This document shows positions 23,255 to 24,865 of a stretch of 24,865 nucleotides of DNA, one piece after another (within the stretch, counting starts at the first letter, position 1; each line of letters opens with the position of its first letter). Location of the stretch: assembly GCA_033851885.1 (NCBI GenBank), contig JAWWOJ010000067.1, forward strand, positions 1 to 24,865, written 5' to 3'. Source of the stretch: Frankiales bacterium (GTDB taxonomy: Bacteria; Actinomycetota; Actinomycetes; Mycobacteriales; SCTD01). The position numbers were made by a program, and so were the translations under genes. The notes under the pieces were generated by a model. That model did not search any database and had not been told where the DNA came from. It saw only the letters and a list, made by a program, of their open reading frames with translations.

Positions 23255-23270
23255 CATAGTCAGTACTATG
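23255..23270. promoter_or_regulatory. Inverted repeat CATAGT-N4-ACTATG in the divergent promoter region
   Basis: Perfect 6-4-6 palindrome in an AT-rich patch; overlaps a minus-strand TATGCT (23258-23253) candidate -10. Confidence 0.5.
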
Positions 23271-23293
23271 TGATCTGTTCCACAACACTCAGC

Positions 23294-23313
23294 ATATAAT
23301 GTATTCAAGATCT
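23294..23313 (+). promoter_or_regulatory. TATAAT -10 box overlapping a degenerate GntR/FadR-type operator upstream of fabG
   Basis: TATAAT at 23295-23300; ATA-TAA-TGTATTCA-AGA-TCT is an 11/14 match to the operator consensus. Confidence 0.55.
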
Positions 23314-23324
23314 AGGGTCAGCAT

Positions 23325-24062
23325 ATGGAATTGCTCAAGGGCAAGAGCGCCGTCGTGACCGGCGGCGCACAGGGACTCGGCCTGGCTGTCGCGCAGACGT
23401 TCCTCGCCGAGGGCGCCGCTGTCGTGATCGGCGACCTCGACGACGCGGCGCTGACGGAGTCGGTGGCCGAACTCGGCGAACGCGCGCACGGGGTCCGCTG
23501 TGACGTGACGTCATCCGATGATGTCGCCGCGCTGATCAACGTCTGCCGGGACCGATGGGGTGGTCCGGACATCGTGGTGAACAACGCGGGCATCACCCGA
23601 GACGCGACGCTGCGCACGATGCCCCTCGAGGACTTCGAGCTCGTGATGGATGTCCACCTACGCGGCACCTGGCTGGGCCTGAAGCATGGTTCGGCCGCCA
23701 TGCGCGACCAGGGCATCGAAGGGTGCTTCGTCAACATGTCCAGCATCAGCGGCAAGGTGGGCAACCCTGGCCAGACCAACTACAGCGCGGCAAAGGCCGG
23801 CATCGTGGGCATGACGAAGGCGGCCGCGAAGGAGCTCGGACATGTCGGCATCCGCGTCAACGCCATCCAGCCCAGCTTCATCCGCACGGCAATGGTGGCC
23901 AAGATGGACCAGACGGTCCTGGCGGCGCGGCTGAAGGAGATCCCGCTCGGCCGGATCGGCGAGCCCGAGGACGTCGCCAACGCCGCCCTGTTCCTGGCGT
24001 CGCCGTTGGCGTCGTACCTGACCGGCATCGTCATCGAGGTTGCGGGAGGGCGCAACATCTGA
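23325..24062 (+). CDS. fabG: Short-chain dehydrogenase, 3-oxoacyl-ACP/CoA reductase (FabG2-like)
   Basis: TGGAQGLG, NNAGITRD, SSISGKVGNPGQTNYSAAKAG (YxxxK), GIRVNAIQP, GRIGEPEDVA. Confidence 0.93.
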   Translation: MELLKGKSAVVTGGAQGLGLAVAQTFLAEGAAVVIGDLDDAALTESVAELGERAHGVRCDVTSSDDVAALINVCRDRWGGPDIVVNNAGITRDATLRTMPLEDFELVMDVHLRGTWLGLKHGSAAMRDQGIEGCFVNMSSISGKVGNPGQTNYSAAKAGIVGMTKAAAKELGHVGIRVNAIQPSFIRTAMVAKMDQTVLAARLKEIPLGRIGEPEDVANAALFLASPLASYLTGIVIEVAGGRNI

Positions 24063-24156
24063 GCGCCCTCCGAGCGCTGTCGCAGCGAGTTCACGGCTGC
24101 CGTTTCGGACTCGACAGCAAGTCGTTCGATCCTTGATCTGAGTGGAAGAGGTTCTC

Positions 24157-24865
24157 ATGCGTTCCGTCGTCATCGTCGCCGCTGCCCGCACCCCCATCAC
24201 CCGTGCCCGCAAGGGGGCGTTGGCGGGCACCGATGCGTTCGCGCTCGCTCGCTCCGTCGTCATGTCGGTGCTGGAGCGCAGCGGCGTGCCGGCGGCAGAC
24301 GTCGACGACATCGTGCTGGCCGAGTCCCTGCAGGGCGGCGGCGTGATCGCGCGCCACACCGCCGTCTCCCTCGGCATGTTGGGCGTGCCCGGTCTCGCCG
24401 TCAACCGGCACTGTGCCGGTGGCCTGGCGGCCGTGCAGACGGCCGTGGCGAACGTACTCGCCGGCGCGGCGGATGTCGTCGTCGCGGGTGGGACCGAGAG
24501 TCTGAGCACGATGCCGCAGGTCAGCCGGAGGCACGCCGACGGTCAGCTCTCAGCCTGGATGTCACCCAGCCATCCCGCCACAGCCGAGGCGCCGTCGCAC
24601 GACATGAGCATCACCGTCGGCGAGAACACCGCCCGCGAGCTCGGCCTGACCCGCCGCGACGTCGACGAGTGGGCCGCCTACAGCCACGGACGTGCCATCG
24701 CGGCGATCGACGGCGGCTACTTTGCCGACGAGATTGCCCCCGTGCTCACCGAGGAGGGCATCAAGGTCGTCGACGACGAGCAGCCGCGGCGCGGCGTCAC
24801 CGCCGACACGCTCGCCGCGCTGGCGCCACTGCACCCTGAGCTCCCCGACGCGACGGTCACGGCCG
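24157..24865 (+). CDS. Thiolase (acetyl-CoA C-acyltransferase), N-terminal part; runs off the window edge
   Basis: Manual translation: MRSVVIVAAARTPI...VDDIVLAE...VNRHCAGG (catalytic Cys)...VVAGGTES.S..P...MSITVGENTARELGLTRRDVDEWAAYSH.RA..A...G.F..EI.P. SD GAAGAGG lies 5 nt before the ATG. Confidence 0.93.
   Translation, partial: MRSVVIVAAARTPITRARKGALAGTDAFALARSVVMSVLERSGVPAADVDDIVLAESLQGGGVIARHTAVSLGMLGVPGLAVNRHCAGGLAAVQTAVANVLAGAADVVVAGGTESLSTMPQVSRRHADGQLSAWMSPSHPATAEAPSHDMSITVGENTARELGLTRRDVDEWAAYSHGRAIAAIDGGYFADEIAPVLTEEGIKVVDDEQPRRGVTADTLAALAPLHPELPDATVTA

Noticed and set aside
23658-24509. 283-aa minus-strand ORF
   Set aside because: Shadow of fabG and the plus-strand thiolase, which the ORF track missed because it runs off the edge.

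Overview
High-GC actinobacterial-type chromosomal window dominated by a lipid/terpenoid/steroid-type catabolic and uptake neighbourhood. Left end (minus strand): translationally coupled TIGR03084-type metalloprotein, AccD2/AtuC-like carboxyltransferase, biotin carboxylase/BCCP and a truncated AtuA/DUF1446 gene. Next (plus strand): HSL-family esterase, cytochrome P450, tandem-domain family III CoA-transferase, amidohydrolase_2, DUF35 Zn-ribbon/OB-fold protein and Ltp2-like aldolase. Centre (minus strand): a Liv/HAAT-type ABC importer (lipoprotein SBP, fused LivH-LivM permease, LivF, LivG). It is interrupted by two translationally coupled non-canonical genes, a 440-aa secreted C-terminally anchored protein and a 146-aa 2-TM/coiled-coil protein, and followed by a 61-aa sORF with a strong SD. 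Right end: a V4R-like/GAF/GAF/GGDEF/EAL protein with an in-frame 12-bp VNTR, two small ORFs, a FabG-like SDR and a truncated thiolase. A shared 20-bp spaced palindrome RCA-N3-TGTATACA-N3-TGY (GntR/FadR-like operator candidate) occurs in five intergenic regions and suggests one regulon. The permease lacks a canonical start at its expected N-terminus (ATC after an AGGAG SD). No rRNA, tRNA, CRISPR array or mobile element was recognised. All family calls come from motif recognition by eye, not database searches.
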